Positions 1-11,397 of a DNA stretch of 64,000 nucleotides are shown here, in pieces. Made by a program: the position numbers and the translations under genes. Each line of letters begins with the position of its first letter. Position 1 is the stretch's first letter. This DNA comes from a virus. Under the pieces are notes generated by a model. The model had not been told where the DNA came from, ran no database searches, and saw only the letters and a list, made by a program, of their open reading frames with translations. The stretch spans positions 28,260-92,259 of the IMG/VR virus record IMGVR_UViG_3300025154_000061. The stretch is one strand, 5' to 3'.

Positions 1-1
1 G

Positions 2-1501
2 CTTGACGTTGGCGAAATGGTGGCTTACGCTACCGGCCCGACGGGGTTAGATGAAAGGGGCGGGGATGAAGCGCAAGGTGATTCAGGGGAAGTGCGTCGA
101 GTGCGGCTCGCAGATCGAGATCGTGGGATACAATCGGTGTCACCTTTACGAGACGACGGGCCGGGGGTACTGCTCGGAAGTCTGCAAAAAGACTTGGATG
201 TCCCGCCGTTGGTCAGAAACGATGGCCCGCACGAATCGAGTTTACGCGTCGGCGAGGATGCGCAAGCACAACCCGATGCACGACCCCGAAGTGCGCGAGG
301 CCGTGACTGCGAAAGCTCGGGCTCGTGGTTGGCCTGTCGGCGTGCCGCGAGGGGGGAACGGGCACGGGCCGACGAGCGCGCAATCGACGTTGGCACTCGC
401 TCTTGGCTGGGCGATCGAAGTAGCTGTGCCGACGGGCAGGGGGGCTCGCGCGAAGGGATTCCCGCCTTGCTACAAGATCGACGTAGCGAATCCGGCCGCG
501 AAGATAGCCGTCGAGATCGATGGATCGGGGCACACCTCGACGCGCGTCAAGCTAGCCGACGAGCGCAAGGCCGCGTTCTTGCGTGGGCTCGGGTGGAAAG
601 TATTACGATTCAAGAATCAGGAAGTGATATCGGATCTTCCGACGGTGATTGCCTCGATTATGTCTACAATTTAGAAGTCGAGGGCGTGCATACATATACG
701 GCGAATGGCTTTGTCGTGCATAATTGCCACCACCTCTCGGGGCAGGGCGACGCGTGGCGCGCCGCCGCGAATGCGATCGAGGCCCGGCACCGCTTCGGGC
801 TGTCGGCAACGGTCGGGCTCGACCCCGTCGGCGAGAACGATGCAACCGACGTTTGGCTTCGCGCCGTCTGCGGCCCGATCGTCTACGAGGTTGCGATCTC
901 GACCTTGATCGAGGCGGGTTACCTCGTGCGGCCGACGATCCGCTTTTTGCGCCACGGGGCGCCCGATCTGCCTTACGACCGTTGGTCGACGCGCGCCTAC
1001 GCCGACGGGATCTCGAAGTGCGAGAAGCGCAACGAGAGGATCGTCGCCGAGGCTGCGCGCTACGCGGGGCGCGGGCTGCGCGTGCTCGTCGACGTCGCCC
1101 GCGTGGGGCACGCCCGAGCCCTCGCCAACGCCTGCGCAAAGGCCCTTCCGCCCGGCCGGGTCGCCCTACTGCTCGGCACCTCGTCGGGCGACGAGCGCGC
1201 GGCCGTCGTGGCGTCGTGGCGTCGTGGCGAAGTGCTCGTCGTGGTCGGGACGATCCTCGGCGAAGGCGTCGACATTCCCGAACTCTCGGTCGTGATCAAC
1301 GCCGAGGGGGGCAAGGCGAACGTCTCGGGGCTTCAACGCCTGCGCAACCTGACGCTCTCGCCCGGTAAGACCGAGGCGATCGTCGTCGAGTTTCTCGACA
1401 CGCATCACCCGCACCTCTGCGATTGGACGGCACGCCGCCTCGCGCTCTACAGGCGTGAACGCGCCTTCAAGATCGAGGCTGAACCGAAGGGGGCAACGTG
1501 A
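2..1501 (+). CDS. Superfamily II (DExH) helicase, 5'-truncated by window edge, intein-containing
   Basis: Frame open from base 2. After the intein end (VHN) it reads CHHL (second half of DExH motif II), GLSAT (motif III), GTILGEGVDIP (motif V) and a motif VI-like QRLR. Confidence 0.85.
   Translation, partial: LDVGEMVAYATGPTGLDERGGDEAQGDSGEVRRVRLADRDRGIQSVSPLRDDGPGVLLGSLQKDLDVPPLVRNDGPHESSLRVGEDAQAQPDARPRSARGRDCESSGSWLACRRAARGERARADERAIDVGTRSWLGDRSSCADGQGGSREGIPALLQDRRSESGREDSRRDRWIGAHLDARQASRRAQGRVLAWARVESITIQESGSDIGSSDGDCLDYVYNLEVEGVHTYTANGFVVHNCHHLSGQGDAWRAAANAIEARHRFGLSATVGLDPVGENDATDVWLRAVCGPIVYEVAISTLIEAGYLVRPTIRFLRHGAPDLPYDRWSTRAYADGISKCEKRNERIVAEAARYAGRGLRVLVDVARVGHARALANACAKALPPGRVALLLGTSSGDERAAVVASWRRGEVLVVVGTILGEGVDIPELSVVINAEGGKANVSGLQRLRNLTLSPGKTEAIVVEFLDTHHPHLCDWTARRLALYRRERAFKIEAEPKGAT
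3..31 (+). promoter_or_regulatory. Sigma70-like promoter for the nested endonuclease
   Basis: TTGACG-17bp-TACGCT, same hexamers and spacing as the promoter at 57836-57864. Confidence 0.6.
51..674 (+). CDS. DUF559/Vsr-like (PD-(D/E)xK) endonuclease with N-terminal Zn-binding segment, nested in +1 frame inside intein
   Basis: CVECG...YCSEVC, then YKIDVANPAAKIAVEIDGSGH...DERKAAFLRGLGWKVLRFKNQEV. ATG66 follows AAAGGGGCGGGG and may be the true start. Confidence 0.85.
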   Translation: MKGAGMKRKVIQGKCVECGSQIEIVGYNRCHLYETTGRGYCSEVCKKTWMSRRWSETMARTNRVYASARMRKHNPMHDPEVREAVTAKARARGWPVGVPRGGNGHGPTSAQSTLALALGWAIEVAVPTGRGARAKGFPPCYKIDVANPAAKIAVEIDGSGHTSTRVKLADERKAAFLRGLGWKVLRFKNQEVISDLPTVIASIMSTI

Positions 1502-1743
1502 AGAACCTTCTCGCTTGGTTGGGATTGAAGCCGAGGCCCGCGAACGGACACGCGACCAATCCTCGCGCGACGCTTCCGGGGGTGCCCGACGTAGATCCGG
1601 CGCTCGCGCACTTCCGCCGCGACGACTCGGGGCGCCGCCTCTGCGCCTGCGGGAACGTGGCGAAGGGCGGGCGGGCGCAGTGTGGGCCGTGCTCGCGCGG
1701 CGAGCGCTTCGTTCGCTTCGGGGGAGGCGAACCGAATTTCTAG
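1498..1743 (+). CDS. Small Cys-containing hypothetical protein
   Basis: GTGA overlap with helicase stop; CACG...CGPC. Confidence 0.6.
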   Translation: MKNLLAWLGLKPRPANGHATNPRATLPGVPDVDPALAHFRRDDSGRRLCACGNVAKGGRAQCGPCSRGERFVRFGGGEPNF

Positions 1744-1757
1744 GCTCGGGGGATCCA

Positions 1758-2513
1758 ATGCCGACGCGGGAAGAGATCGTCGCGGGTATCGATCAAGCTC
1801 GGGGCCTTACGCCGCCCCTCGAAGTGCTGCGCGCGTGCCGCCGACTGACGCTGTCGGGGGTGTCGAGCGTTCCGGCGCTCGTTGACGGGCGTTGGTTCGC
1901 GGTCGTGTCGACGGCGACCTCGACGTTTGCAATGCCGATCGCCGGGTCGACCTCGCGCGTCGGCCGCCTCTACGACCGGATCTTCCCGGTCGGGACGCGC
2001 TCGGTGCTCTTCGGGGTTCACCATTGGGCGTTGCACCCCGTGCTCGTCGCGCTGGCGTGGCGCAAGCTCTACGGGGCATGGCCGACGCCTCGCGAGGCCG
2101 CCTGTATCTTCGTTCACGATCTCGGCTACCTCGGGAAGCGCACGATCGACGGCGCCGACGGCAAGCGTCACCCGGTCGCCGGGGCGACGATCGCCGAGCG
2201 CCTCTTCGGCGCCGAGTGGGGGGCGCTCGTGCTCTTCCATTCGGGCGACTTCGCGAAGGCGAAGGGCGGCGCGATCTCGAAGCTCTACGCCCCCGACAAG
2301 CTCTCGTTCTCGCTCTACCCGCGCGCCCTCTATCTCGCCCTCGCCCGGTTGACGGGCGAGCTTCACGAGTATCGGGCGACGGCCGCGATCGCGGGGGTCG
2401 TCGACGAGCACCTTCCCGACGTCGTTTGGTTCGACGTGATCTCTGCGCGCATGGCGGCGAAGGCTTCAAGATCGGCCGCTGCGTTCAGGGCGGCAGGGGG
2501 CGACAGGGGTTGA
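1758..2513 (+). CDS. HD-like domain phage protein
   Basis: GVHHWALHP...FVHDLGY...HP...FHS...PDK; GGGGG RBS before ATG1758. Confidence 0.55.
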   Translation: MPTREEIVAGIDQARGLTPPLEVLRACRRLTLSGVSSVPALVDGRWFAVVSTATSTFAMPIAGSTSRVGRLYDRIFPVGTRSVLFGVHHWALHPVLVALAWRKLYGAWPTPREAACIFVHDLGYLGKRTIDGADGKRHPVAGATIAERLFGAEWGALVLFHSGDFAKAKGGAISKLYAPDKLSFSLYPRALYLALARLTGELHEYRATAAIAGVVDEHLPDVVWFDVISARMAAKASRSAAAFRAAGGDRG

Positions 2514-2673
2514 CGATGCGCGTCGATCGCTGCTACCTTCGAGCCCGCCTTCCGTTTCCTTCCCATTCGCTCGGGGTCGGCCGGGAGATCGCGCGGGCTG
2601 CCTCTCGCGTGATCGCCCACGGGGGCCGACCCTCGCCACGATTCGGCCGCACAACGTTACCGCAGGGCGCCGC

Positions 2674-3588
2674 ATGAAGCGCCCCGCCTTCTGCCCGCTC
2701 GACGCGCTGCGCGCCTACCTTGGCGCGATTGCGAGCGGGCTCGGGGGCGACGGGGCGATCGAGCAGATCGCGCGCGTGACGCAGTGTTCCCGGGCTGGCG
2801 TCTACCGCCTGCTCGACGATCTTCGCGGGGTGGGGCTCGTGAACGGCGATCGCCTCGTGCTCTTCGCAAAGGGGTTGACGGTTCATTCTCATGCGCCGGG
2901 CGAAGAGTGCGCGGGCGAGATCGTGCTGACGCTCGCCGAGTCGGCCGATATGCTCGCCTGCGCTGCCGCCGGGCCGCTGCCGTGCGCCAACCTTCCGCTT
3001 GCGCTGTTGCCCGAAGAGCGCGCCAAGCTCGCCGCCGAGCTTCGACAAGGGGCGGCCGAGATCTGCGTCGTGCGCGAGAGGCGCCGCGAGAAGATCACGC
3101 CCGACGACGAATACCTCTTTCGGCTCTACTCGGCCCGTCGCGTGCGGATCGACGTGGCGTGGTCGGGCGGTCGCTGCCCGAAGAAGATCGCCGACGCCCG
3201 GCGCCTGCTCGTGCGACACCACGTCGAGAAGCCGCAGTTCGCCGCCTATCTCGATTGGCTTTTCGAGAACTTCCCGAAGTGGTCGAAAGAGAAATTGCAC
3301 TACCCGCCGATCGGGATCGTGGCGTCGCAGTCGGTGATCGACTCGTTTGTCGCGACGCTCGGGGAACGCCCGTTGAACTGGCGACGCGCCGTCGAGATTC
3401 TCGCCGAGGGGGGCTTCGCCGACGTCAACGTCTTCGTCGCCCTCGACGTCGCCAAGATCGCTCGCGCCAAGAACCGCGACCCGCGCACGCTGCGCGGGCT
3501 CGACGGGCGCTACCCCGACGCGGTCGCCTACCTGCTCGAACGCTACGCCGAGATCGGGATCCTACCCACCGAAGAGGCCGCCCTATGA
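2674..3588 (+). CDS. HTH-containing protein, possible replication initiator or helicase loader
   Basis: IEQIARVTQCSRAGVYRLLDDLRGVGLV is wHTH-like; ATGA-coupled to the helicase gene. Confidence 0.5.
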   Translation: MKRPAFCPLDALRAYLGAIASGLGGDGAIEQIARVTQCSRAGVYRLLDDLRGVGLVNGDRLVLFAKGLTVHSHAPGEECAGEIVLTLAESADMLACAAAGPLPCANLPLALLPEERAKLAAELRQGAAEICVVRERRREKITPDDEYLFRLYSARRVRIDVAWSGGRCPKKIADARRLLVRHHVEKPQFAAYLDWLFENFPKWSKEKLHYPPIGIVASQSVIDSFVATLGERPLNWRRAVEILAEGGFADVNVFVALDVAKIARAKNRDPRTLRGLDGRYPDAVAYLLERYAEIGILPTEEAAL

Positions 3589-4910
3589 CCACGACGATCG
3601 ACGTAGAGTTCGAGCGAGACGTTGTCGCCTCGTGCCTGCGCGACGAAGACTTCGTGCGCGCTGCGCTGCCTACGCTCTCGCGGCACAATTTCTCGTCGAA
3701 GCCCCTCGCGTTCCTGTGGGATGCGATCTCGACGAACTTCGTCGGCTCGCGCGAGCTTGTGACGCCGCGCCTGCTCTTCGCCAGGATCGATCGCGACTTC
3801 GCCCGCGAGGAAGAGCGCGACTTCATGCTCGACGTCGTGCGCGGGCTCTACGCCCGCAAGCCTGCCGCGCCGCGATCGTCGCTCGACCAGATCCGCGAGT
3901 TCGTGCGCCTGACCTCGGCCCGCGACACCGTCGGCGAGATCCTCGAAGGGCTTGACTCGGGGGATCTCGCGCGGGCCGAGGCCGCCATGATTGCCGGGAT
4001 CGAGCGCGCGAGGAAGGTCGTCGACGACGACGAGCCCGTCGAGTGGGCGACGTCGGCCTCGGCCCGCCTCGATCGCTACCGCCGCGAGAAGTCGATCGCC
4101 TCGATCAAGACGCCGCTCGAATCGCTGAACCGCTTCCTCGGGGGCGGGATGCGCCCCGGGCACCTTGGCTTGATCGTGGCGACGACGAACGTCGGCAAGT
4201 CGTCGCTCGCGACTGACTTCGGCTACTGCGCCGCCTTCCATTCCGACGCCGCCGTGATTCACCTCACGACCGAAGAGCCCGAATTCGAGCAGTCGGCCCG
4301 CTACGACAGCCGCTTCACGGGGATCGAGCGTTCGAAGTTCTTGCGGGGGGATCTGAGCGAGGCCGAAGAGATCTTCTACCTCGACCGCTTCAAGAGGCGC
4401 GAGGCCGAGATCAACCGGATCGCCGTGAAGGAAATCGGGACCGGGGGAAGCGCCGTTGTCGTGCGCCTGCTCGCCGAGTGGGCGAGAAGGAAGCACCCGA
4501 CGCGGCCCCTGCTCGTGATCGTCGACACGCCCGATCAATTGAAGATGCCGGGCAAGAGCGAGTCGAAGCGCCTCGACGCGACCGACGTCTATCTCGGGCT
4601 GCGTGGCATGGCGTTAGACAAGTCTTTAGCCCCGATCGCGGTGTGGGCAGTCACCCACGCCCCGGCCGCGTTCGAGGGGAAGAGCTTGACCCCGAAGGCC
4701 GTCAGCGAGTCTTACGACAAGGCGCGCTGTGCCTCGGTCATGGTAGGCGCCGAGGAAAAGGGCGATCTGCCGTCGGGCAAGAAGACGATCGTCGTGCGAA
4801 TCGTGAAGAACCGTCTCGGCCCCGTGAAGCATTACCGGATTTACACCGAGGCAGACTTCGGGATCTGCAAGTTCGAAGAGGTCGCGGGATGCGAGGAAGA
4901 CGAGGAATAG
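3585..4910 (+). CDS. dnaB: DnaB-like replicative helicase
   Basis: LNRFLGGGMRPGHLGLIVATTNVGKS (Walker A), HLTTE, LVIVD, IVKNR; followed by primase. Confidence 0.8.
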   Translation: MTTTIDVEFERDVVASCLRDEDFVRAALPTLSRHNFSSKPLAFLWDAISTNFVGSRELVTPRLLFARIDRDFAREEERDFMLDVVRGLYARKPAAPRSSLDQIREFVRLTSARDTVGEILEGLDSGDLARAEAAMIAGIERARKVVDDDEPVEWATSASARLDRYRREKSIASIKTPLESLNRFLGGGMRPGHLGLIVATTNVGKSSLATDFGYCAAFHSDAAVIHLTTEEPEFEQSARYDSRFTGIERSKFLRGDLSEAEEIFYLDRFKRREAEINRIAVKEIGTGGSAVVVRLLAEWARRKHPTRPLLVIVDTPDQLKMPGKSESKRLDATDVYLGLRGMALDKSLAPIAVWAVTHAPAAFEGKSLTPKAVSESYDKARCASVMVGAEEKGDLPSGKKTIVVRIVKNRLGPVKHYRIYTEADFGICKFEEVAGCEEDEE

Positions 4911-5920
4911 CCCGCGCCTTCGACGTCGAGGGCTACGTCGATCGCGAGATCGGGGTCGTCTCTCGCTCGACCGGGAAGCACGGCGCCGAGTTGATCTGCG
5001 TCTGCCCGTTCTGCGGGCGCCCGAAGCTCTACGTCAACGTCGAGTCGGGGCTTTGGGTCTGCTACCGCTGCGCGCCGAAGGGCGGCACCGTGATCGACCT
5101 CGTCGCCAAGACGCAGGGGATCCCGCGATCGCAGGCTCGCGAGATCGTCGCCGACCCGAAGAGCGCCCCGGGCGAGTCGCTCGAACGGATCGCCGAGCGG
5201 GCCGCCGCCTCGCTCGACGAAGAGGCCCGGCACGAGCGGCGGATCGACGCCCCGCGCGTCTCGCTCGACGTGGGGCTGCCCGACGAGTTCGTGCCGATCT
5301 TCGACGCCGCCTCGGGGACGTGGCGGATCCCCGACTACTGCCGCGAGAGGGGCATTCGCGGCCGCACCGCCCGCGCCTACGGCCTCGGCTATTGCACGGG
5401 CGGCCGCTACGGCGGGCGGTTGATCTTCCCGGCGCACGTCTTCGGCGAGACGGTCACGTTCCAAGGGCGGATCATGCGCCCGCTGGCAGACGACGAGCAC
5501 GTTCCGAAGTATCTCGGCCCGTCGGTCGAGAAGAGCGTCGCCGTCTACGGGCTCGACGAGGCGATCGGGGTGCGCCGCGTGGCGCTCGTCGAGGGGCCGA
5601 TTGACGTCGTGAAGCTCTATCAATTCGGCGTGCCTGCGGTCGCCCTTATGGGCAAGTCGGCGAGCATGGGGCAGGCGACCACGCTTTCGCGAGCGGGGTT
5701 CAGGTCGATCGACCTACTGCTTGACGCCGACGATCCGGGGATAGAAGCTCGCGCCGACGCCGTCGCGGTCTTGGGTCTGACCTTCGACGTTAGACTTGCC
5801 TTTCTACCCTACGGGGTCGATCCGGGGTCTGCGACCCGCGACCAAGTCGAAGACGCTCTCGCCCTCGCCCGTGCCCCGAAACTTAGCGAAACGATTGGCC
5901 GATCTAGAAAAGCGACGTGA
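4889..5920 (+). CDS. dnaG: DNA primase (Zn finger + Toprim)
   Basis: CPFC...CYRC, GRLIFP, PKYL, LVEGPID, LLLDAD; start uncertain. Confidence 0.85.
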   Translation: MRGRRGIARAFDVEGYVDREIGVVSRSTGKHGAELICVCPFCGRPKLYVNVESGLWVCYRCAPKGGTVIDLVAKTQGIPRSQAREIVADPKSAPGESLERIAERAAASLDEEARHERRIDAPRVSLDVGLPDEFVPIFDAASGTWRIPDYCRERGIRGRTARAYGLGYCTGGRYGGRLIFPAHVFGETVTFQGRIMRPLADDEHVPKYLGPSVEKSVAVYGLDEAIGVRRVALVEGPIDVVKLYQFGVPAVALMGKSASMGQATTLSRAGFRSIDLLLDADDPGIEARADAVAVLGLTFDVRLAFLPYGVDPGSATRDQVEDALALARAPKLSETIGRSRKAT

Positions 5921-5926
5921 TCTTTT

Positions 5927-5964
5927 CAAAAAGTATTGACGTGCCTATCCTCCCCGACTATACC
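5927..5964 (+). promoter_or_regulatory. Sigma70-like promoter with A-tract
   Basis: CAAAAAGTA-TTGACG-17-TATACC; near-identical at 7027 and 53912. Confidence 0.75.
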
Positions 5965-6002
5965 TGTAGTCGACCGCCACGACGGCGGGGAAGGGGCACC
6001 CA

Positions 6003-6935
6003 ATGACGACCGAACGACCGACGCTGCGATTCGGGGTTGCGACCGTTGCAGTTCGTGACGACCTGACGCCTTACGACGAAGTCTTCGTTCCCGAGTGGGA
6101 CGAGAATTTCCAAGTCGACGACCGGCTCTTCGAGACGCTCGCCGTCTGCGCCGCCGACGATATCCCCGCGCTGCTCGTCGGCCCGGCCGGGTGTGGCAAG
6201 ACGCAGGGCGTCAGAATGATCGCCGCCCTTCTGAATCAGCCCGTGCGCAAGATCTCGCTGAACGCCGACGTGCGGTCGAGCGACTTCGTCGGGCAGAAGT
6301 CGATCGACGTCGACGAGGCGACGGGCACCTCGATCGTCACCTTCAAAGACGGGATCCTTCCCGACGCTATGCGGCGCGGTCATTGGTTGGTTCTCGACGA
6401 GTTCGACGCCACGCCCCCGGGGATCGCCTTCGTGCTGCAAAGCGTGCTCGAACCCGGTCACGTCTTGACGCTGCTCGACAACTACGGCGAAGTCGTGACC
6501 CCGCACCCGAGCTTCCGCCTCTTCGCCACGGGCAACACGATCGGCAAGGGCGACGAGTCGGGACTCTACACCGGAACGAACGTCATGAACGAGGCGACGC
6601 TTGATCGCTTCGTCACGATCGAATGCACCTACGTTGTCCCGTCGGTCGAGTGCGAGATCCTGACCTCGAAGACGGGCGTCGCCGCGCAGATCGCGAAGCG
6701 CCTCGTCGACGTGGCGACGCTCGTTCGGCAGGGGTTCGACAAGAACGAGTGTTTCTGCACCTTCTCGACGCGCCGCCTGCTCGCGTGGGCTGCCTTCACG
6801 ACCCGGTTCGGCGCCAACGACGCCGCCGTCGTGCGGGGCTACAAGCTCGCGGTCGCCTCGAAGCTCGGCCGCGAGGATCGGCTCTACGTCGCCGGGGTCG
6901 TTCAGCGTGTGATCGGCCTCGACGTCGCTCGCTAA
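6003..6935 (+). CDS. CobS/MoxR-like AAA+ ATPase
   Basis: GPAGCGKT, LVLDE, FRLFATGN, NEATLDRF, STRRL. Confidence 0.9.
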   Translation: MTTERPTLRFGVATVAVRDDLTPYDEVFVPEWDENFQVDDRLFETLAVCAADDIPALLVGPAGCGKTQGVRMIAALLNQPVRKISLNADVRSSDFVGQKSIDVDEATGTSIVTFKDGILPDAMRRGHWLVLDEFDATPPGIAFVLQSVLEPGHVLTLLDNYGEVVTPHPSFRLFATGNTIGKGDESGLYTGTNVMNEATLDRFVTIECTYVVPSVECEILTSKTGVAAQIAKRLVDVATLVRQGFDKNECFCTFSTRRLLAWAAFTTRFGANDAAVVRGYKLAVASKLGREDRLYVAGVVQRVIGLDVAR

Positions 6936-7026
6936 CCCCGCCCCGTCGGTGTGCATCATGAAGAAAATCGACCCTCGCCCCGGCCGCCCTCGGGGCGGGG
7001 CTGCGCCTCTCGTGTCGATTTCTAGT

Positions 7027-7064
7027 CAAAAAGTATTGACCCGTTGCGGCGCCCCGACTATACC
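7027..7064 (+). promoter_or_regulatory. Sigma70-like promoter with A-tract
   Basis: CAAAAAGTA-TTGACC-17-TATACC. Confidence 0.75.
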
Positions 7065-7100
7065 TGTGGGCGAGGGCACGACGCCCGAGGGGTTGACGAA

Positions 7101-9386
<2,286 letters not shown>

Positions 9387-9390
9387 GGTC

Positions 9391-10032
9391 ATGGGGCAGA
9401 TCGCGAAGGCAGTCGCGCTCGAAGTTCGTCAGTTCGCCCGCACGGCTACCCGGGCGATTCTCTTCCGGTTCCCGTGCGAGGCCGATCGGGAAGACCTCGA
9501 ACAAGAGGCGGCGATCGGGATCCTGCGCGCGCTCGGGAAGCTCGACGACGCGCGGCCCGAGGCCGAGCGCCGCTCGTTCTTGATCTGCGCGGGGCGTCGA
9601 GCCGCGATCGACGCGCTGCGGCACCGCAAGCGGCACGCGCGCGACGTTCTCGGGTTCGTGCCCGTAGAAGAGTCGGTCGATTGGAACGGCGCCGCCTTCG
9701 TGGGCTGCCGCGACGGCGTGCCGTCAACGGATCCGTGGGGCGAGTTCGCCTCGGCCGACGACCCCGACGGCGCGTTCGTGACCGCCGAGATCGCGGCGCG
9801 GATCGTTGACGTGCTCGAACTGGCCGAGTCGCGCATGACCCCGGGGCAGCGGGCGATCTTCCGCGCCCGCGTCTACGGCGAGATCGTGCCCGAGCAGTTC
9901 GCGCACGTCTCGCAGTCGGGGGTTCGGGATTTGGCGGCGCGTGCCCGTGCGTGCGTGAACGCGGCTTCGAGGGATCTAGGATGCGTCGATTTGATTGGTC
10001 CCGTCGAGTGCGTCGACTTGCTCGCGATCTAG
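9391..10032 (+). CDS. ECF-like RNA polymerase sigma factor
   Basis: Region 2-like DREDLEQEAAIGILRAL...SFLICAGRRAAIDALR; region 4-like MTPGQRAIFRAR...VSQSGVRDLAARAR. Confidence 0.75.
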   Translation: MGQIAKAVALEVRQFARTATRAILFRFPCEADREDLEQEAAIGILRALGKLDDARPEAERRSFLICAGRRAAIDALRHRKRHARDVLGFVPVEESVDWNGAAFVGCRDGVPSTDPWGEFASADDPDGAFVTAEIAARIVDVLELAESRMTPGQRAIFRARVYGEIVPEQFAHVSQSGVRDLAARARACVNAASRDLGCVDLIGPVECVDLLAI

Positions 10033-10754
10033 GCGACCGGCCCGAGTGCGTGGGGCACTACGAGGCGGGCAATCTAGAGTGCGACGGCTCGCCCTCGTGC
10101 GCGTGGCGCGCGCCGTGCCGTGCCTATCGCGATCACTGCGCGATCCGGGGGATCAACCCCGAGGTCGAGAAGGCCGCGACGCCGCCCGACGCGCTCAATG
10201 CGTTGATCTTCGCCGTGCTTCGGCAAGCCCCGCCCGAGGGTGGGTATGCCCGTGCCCACAATTCAACGCGGGGCTGGCGCCGCTTCCTCGACGCCTACGT
10301 CGACGCGCTGCCCGAGGGCGTGGTCGTGCAAGCGTCGCGCGACGTCGCCCTCGTTGGCGAACTCTACGTCGTGACGTGGGCAGGGCGCCGCGAGGGGCGC
10401 ATTCGCGCGGGCGGGATCCGGGTGCGAACGACGATGAAGGGGAACGAGATCCCGATCGTGCGTTACTGGCCGACGCGTTACGACCGCATGACGCCCGAGA
10501 TCGAGATTCGGGCAGATCTCGCACGCCTGCTCGAAGTCTTTCCGGCCGCCCGGGGGATCCCGTGGCGTTGGTCGGAAAAGCACGCGAACGGCGAGGCGAA
10601 ACGCCCGCTCGGCTCGCTTGCGTCGAAGGTGCCGTCGGAACGGATCGAGGATATCGCCCGGCTCGCCGCCCGCGCTCTCGGGGCAGGCTTGATCCGCGAC
10701 TGCCGCGTTCGCGGTTCGGGCGTCGAAGTCAAAGGGAAGGGGGAACGATCATGA
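9981..10754 (+). CDS. Hypothetical protein with N-terminal Cys cluster
   Basis: CVGHYEAGNLECDGSPSCAWRAPC; start uncertain; ATGA-coupled to next gene. Confidence 0.55.
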   Translation: MRRFDWSRRVRRLARDLGDRPECVGHYEAGNLECDGSPSCAWRAPCRAYRDHCAIRGINPEVEKAATPPDALNALIFAVLRQAPPEGGYARAHNSTRGWRRFLDAYVDALPEGVVVQASRDVALVGELYVVTWAGRREGRIRAGGIRVRTTMKGNEIPIVRYWPTRYDRMTPEIEIRADLARLLEVFPAARGIPWRWSEKHANGEAKRPLGSLASKVPSERIEDIARLAARALGAGLIRDCRVRGSGVEVKGKGERS

Positions 10755-11134
10755 CCAAGCTCGAAGACGCTCGCGCCCGGTTCGCCGCGAAGAACGGCGC
10801 CGCGAAGCCCGCGTCGACGCCGTCGCCCGAGCCCGCGCGCCCGAAGCAAAACGTCGCCGCCATGCTAGGCAAGGGGGGCGGTTCGACGGGGATCGACCCT
10901 GCCGCCATGCGCACCGCACGGGGGCGGGGTGGGCGGTTCACGCTCGACCGCGCCCACGACGACGCGACGATCGGCTTCGGCAAGTATTCGGGAACGCGCG
11001 TTTCGGTTCTCGCGAATGACGAGGAAGGGCGGGGGTATCTGCGTTGGATGCTCACCCAAGAGTTCCCCGAGGCGCTGCTCGAAATCGTGCGGCACGCTCT
11101 CGACTCGACGCCTGAACTCGGGGGCCGACGGTGA
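10751..11134 (+). CDS. Small protein with KLEDARARF leader and FGKY-G (DUF3820/ExoX C-terminal-like) domain
   Basis: MTKLEDARARF...IGFGKYSGTRVSVLANDEEGRGYLRWML. Confidence 0.65.
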   Translation: MTKLEDARARFAAKNGAAKPASTPSPEPARPKQNVAAMLGKGGGSTGIDPAAMRTARGRGGRFTLDRAHDDATIGFGKYSGTRVSVLANDEEGRGYLRWMLTQEFPEALLEIVRHALDSTPELGGRR

Positions 11135-11397
11135 TCGACGTCGCCCGTCTGCGCGCTCGACGCGAGGGCTCGATCCGCTTCCCGGTCGAGAACGCCGGGA
11201 GGCTCGACGTCGTGCTCGGCTTCGGCCCGTTCAAGGGCTACGCTGCGAGCGCGATCGCGCTGACGTCGAGGGGGCGCGCCTACCTGTCGCGCCTTTGGTG
11301 CGAGCACGGGCTACCGCACGCGGTCAAGAGCGCGATCGCGTGGCAACTAGAGTTCGCGCTCGACGAGCCCGACTCACTCTTCGGCGAGGTGTGCTGA
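11131..11397 (+). CDS. Small protein, probable paralog of the preceding FGKY-G domain
   Basis: LGFGPFKG...RGRAYLSRL; GTGA-coupled. Confidence 0.55.
   Translation: MIDVARLRARREGSIRFPVENAGRLDVVLGFGPFKGYAASAIALTSRGRAYLSRLWCEHGLPHAVKSAIAWQLEFALDEPDSLFGEVC

Larger units (their letters stand above)
2..724 (+). mobile_element. Intein in helicase motif II (N-terminus outside window)
   Basis: LDVGEMVA resembles the end of the N-terminal splicing region; YVYNLEVEGVHTYTANGFVVHN/C matches intein blocks F/G with a +1 Cys at 725; lower GC than flanks. Confidence 0.9.
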
